Virus genome (UHGV): UHGV-0098755
Strand: one strand, 5' to 3'
Length of the DNA: 64,000 nucleotides
Source of the DNA: a virus
Position numbers and translations under genes: made by a program. The notes under the pieces were generated by a model. The model was not told where the DNA came from. It did not search any database and saw only the letters and a program-made list of their open reading frames with translations. Of the stretch, positions 61,772 to 64,000 are shown one piece after another (within the stretch, counting starts at the first letter, position 1; every line of letters begins with the position of its first letter).

Positions 61772-62796
61772 ATCTTAGCATATTTAGATAACCGCATTTT
61801 AGCCATTAACCCCTGGGCAATATTATTTTTCATATATTCCATAATTTGTTCAGGGGTTGCACCTTCCTTTCTAATCATATCATTAACATCTTTTGATTTC
61901 CAGGGAGATTTATCCCAAAACATAACCCTTTCTCCTGCATCAACTAATTTAGTCATTCGTTTAATAGTGTCAGGGTGACGAGGTTCATTATCTAAGACCC
62001 ACACTCGTCTATCTTTAAATGGAACAACTTCTAGGTCTAATTGACCACCCGTAATAGCTATACCATTTTCAATAAAAAGTGAATCTATAGGTCCTTCTAG
62101 AACATATACATCACCATCTTTAACCCGTTCGACTCCATAGATTTTTGTTGCCTCAGGATAAGCTTTGATGGTGATATATTTTTGAGGAGCATCTTTCTTT
62201 AATGCACGTCCTTGAAAAGACTCAGCTTTTCCATTAGCATTATAAATTGGAATAACAAGACGAGGCTCAGAAATTTCCTTTTTATATGTTCCCGGTGCTA
62301 TGCTATTAACTAATTTAGGCCATTCGGTTGTAAACCAAAGATATTTCCATTTATCCTTTGGAATACAACGAGCTTTTACATATTTTATAACTGGATGGTC
62401 TTCCACCAGTTTATCTAATCTAACGCATGACGGAAGAGATTTAATTATTTTCTTCTCAGGTTGTTTAGGAAGTTCTTTAGGTTTTTCTACTGGACGACTT
62501 TTACCTTTTTCTTTTCTTATTTCAAAGATATACTCACGATATAAATCAGGTTCAAACTCCTTTAAATATATTCCGATTGGTGCATGATAGTTACAGTTAT
62601 AGCAATGAATATTTCCTTCATTATTATCGCCATAATACCATCCACGGGCTTTATTTTGATCGGTTTTTGAATCTCCACAAACAGGGCATCTAAACCGTAA
62701 TTTAAAAGTTGAACTATTATTTACTTGTGTGAATTTAGGTAAATGAGCTAGCGCACGATATGCAAACTCATTATCAATCCAAGGTATTGATGACAT
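61768..62796 (-). CDS. 61: DNA primase gp61
   Basis: 342 aa; zinc-ribbon CPVCGDSK...CYNC and TOPRIM region. Confidence 0.95.
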   Translation of the reverse strand: MSSIPWIDNEFAYRALAHLPKFTQVNNSSTFKLRFRCPVCGDSKTDQNKARGWYYGDNNEGNIHCYNCNYHAPIGIYLKEFEPDLYREYIFEIRKEKGKSRPVEKPKELPKQPEKKIIKSLPSCVRLDKLVEDHPVIKYVKARCIPKDKWKYLWFTTEWPKLVNSIAPGTYKKEISEPRLVIPIYNANGKAESFQGRALKKDAPQKYITIKAYPEATKIYGVERVKDGDVYVLEGPIDSLFIENGIAITGGQLDLEVVPFKDRRVWVLDNEPRHPDTIKRMTKLVDAGERVMFWDKSPWKSKDVNDMIRKEGATPEQIMEYMKNNIAQGLMAKMRLSKYAKI

Positions 62797-62799
62797 TTT

Positions 62800-62964
62800 T
62801 TACTCTTCTTTTTCTTTAGATTCCTCTTTTTTCTTTTTAGGAATCTGTTCAGGACCTTTATTTACTACAGCGCCTGACGTTGTTCCAGTAGAGATATTTT
62901 CAGGATTACCACCTGAATCTCCAGCGACCATATCTTCTTTGATAAATTCTTTAAACGTTTTCAT
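62800..62964 (-). CDS. small hypothetical protein (54 aa), 61.1-like, below ORF-track cut-off
   Basis: MKTFKEFIKEDMVAGDSGGNPENISTGTTSGAVVNKGPEQIPKKKKEESKEKEE. Confidence 0.5.
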   Translation of the reverse strand: MKTFKEFIKEDMVAGDSGGNPENISTGTTSGAVVNKGPEQIPKKKKEESKEKEE

Positions 62965-62976
62965 ATTAGCCTCTAA

Positions 62977-63270
62977 TTATTCACCTACCACTTCAGCGAT
63001 GATATTTTTATTATTGAAGTTTTTATCACAATACAGAACGTAATTATACTGCATTACACCACCAGACTTAAGCTGTTTTTGTACTTCAGCTTTCATTTCA
63101 GGGTGATCACGCTCAACAATATTCATAATATCTGCTTCAATCTGAGTTTCAACCTCAGTCTGATCTGCAGTCATAGACCATTCGCACAAATCTTTATCAT
63201 AACCTGCCATAGCAGGCTGAGCAGCACAAGAAGCCAAAGCAAAAATTGCAGCAAAAACAAATTTTTTCAT
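62977..63270 (-). CDS. sp: Spackle periplasmic protein (superinfection exclusion/lysozyme inhibitor)
   Basis: 97 aa with N-terminal signal peptide MKKFVFAAIFALASCAAQPAMAG. Confidence 0.8.
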   Translation of the reverse strand: MKKFVFAAIFALASCAAQPAMAGYDKDLCEWSMTADQTEVETQIEADIMNIVERDHPEMKAEVQKQLKSGGVMQYNYVLYCDKNFNNKNIIAEVVGE

Positions 63271-63330
63271 GATAATCTCCTCAGTAGTTTATGTTTATAT
63301 AGTATCTCAATTTCCAACAAAAGTAAACAG

Positions 63331-63630
63331 TTATTTTAAAACTTCTGCGTAATCACATGTTACAAACTGTTTCTCTAGCTTAACGATCTTACGAAAATAC
63401 CTTTTACACTGACGAATCTGTCGCTTCGTAGGACGTACAGCAAACTTAATAAATTCCACTCGACCAAATGGAGGACTTTCTTCTGCTGGAATATCTAACA
63501 CCAATTCCCACGTATCTGCAATAAGTGCTTTAAATTGTGTATTTTTCCTGACGTTATACGGAGTAGGTTTAAATAAAACAATATGCATATTATCCTCGGC
63601 AATCCACTTCACATACTTTCTTGTCATCAA
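63331..63630 (-). CDS. hypothetical protein (99 aa)
   Basis: ORF track. Confidence 0.55.
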   Translation of the reverse strand: MMTRKYVKWIAEDNMHIVLFKPTPYNVRKNTQFKALIADTWELVLDIPAEESPPFGRVEFIKFAVRPTKRQIRQCKRYFRKIVKLEKQFVTCDYAEVLK

Positions 63631-63772
63631 TGAAAGCTTTAACTAATGCTTTATTAACTTCAGCATACTGAGTAGTAGCCCATTGAACGTCATCTTTCAT
63701 CATTGTGGTTTCTTTAGTAAACATGCTTTCGTTCTTAAACCACCCCATAAAAACTACCTTTACCAATTCCAT
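63590..63772 (-). CDS. dmd: Dmd antitoxin (discriminator of mRNA degradation)
   Basis: 60 aa, MELVKVVFMGWFKNESMFTKETTMMKDDVQWATTQYAEVNK... Confidence 0.8.
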   Translation of the reverse strand: MELVKVVFMGWFKNESMFTKETTMMKDDVQWATTQYAEVNKALVKAFIDDKKVCEVDCRG

Positions 63773-63801
63773 AACAATCTCCTCATTTAACCAACAAGAC
63801 T

Positions 63802-63831
63802 ACTATACCATAGTCTCGTCAGCTTGTAAAC
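63802..63831 (-). promoter_or_regulatory. putative early promoter (-35 GTTTAC, 18-nt spacer, -10 TATAGT)
   Basis: gtaaac at 63826-63831, actata at 63802-63807; -10 flanked by inverted repeat AGACUA/UAGUCU. Confidence 0.5.
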
Positions 63832-64000
63832 TAAAATTTTAATTCATTCGCCAAAGCATCTAACTGAGCTCGAGTGGATTCATTTCTTTGATAGCGGTTC
63901 TGTTCAGCCTGAATTTGTTGTGAACCTGCTACTTCACTCACTTCAGTTGGAGTAGAATCTTGTTCAATTTCTACCCATTTCTGATTTCCTTTTTGAACAC
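63831..64000 (-). CDS. partial CDS (C-terminal end; 5' part beyond window), possibly gene 41 helicase by position
   Basis: Open minus-strand frame ending ...QNRYQRNESTRAQLDALANELKF with stop TAG at 63831-63833. Confidence 0.4.
   Translation of the reverse strand, partial: VQKGNQKWVEIEQDSTPTEVSEVAGSQQIQAEQNRYQRNESTRAQLDALANELKF

Overview
This window is a 64-kb segment of a T4-like (T-even, Tevenvirinae) myovirus genome. Gene content and order follow the T4 map from gene 30 (DNA ligase) to gene 61 (primase) across the rII junction. Early and middle genes run on the minus strand: 30, rIII, 31, cd, pseT, alc, rnlA, denA, nrdB, nrdA, td (with its group I intron and I-TevI), frd, 32, 59, 33, dsbA, rnh, then asiA, arn, motA, 52, ac, stp, ndd, denB, rIIB, rIIA, 39, motB, dexA, dda, modA, modB, soc, 56, dam, 61, sp, dmd. 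The late tail-fibre operon 34-35-36-37-38-t runs on the plus strand behind TATAAATA late promoters. I found no tRNA, rRNA or CRISPR array. Identifications rest on reading the translated ORFs against remembered T4 proteins and motifs; no database search was possible. The most interesting departures from my recollection of the T4 reference are: (1) a second, divergent Dam-family adenine methyltransferase between nrdA and nrdB, where T4 carries the homing endonuclease gene mobE; (2) an extra ~115-codon ORF between frd and td, which overlap in T4; (3) a plus-strand small membrane-protein ORF with a perfect Shine-Dalgarno between dam and 61; (4) an uninterrupted nrdB and an unsplit 605-aa gene 39, alongside a T4-type td intron and T4-type gp38; (5) a longer gp37 with tandem duplications in the His-box tip. 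The minus strand also carries a recurrent early promoter/leader module with 18-nt spacers and many UUCG-tetraloop hairpins.
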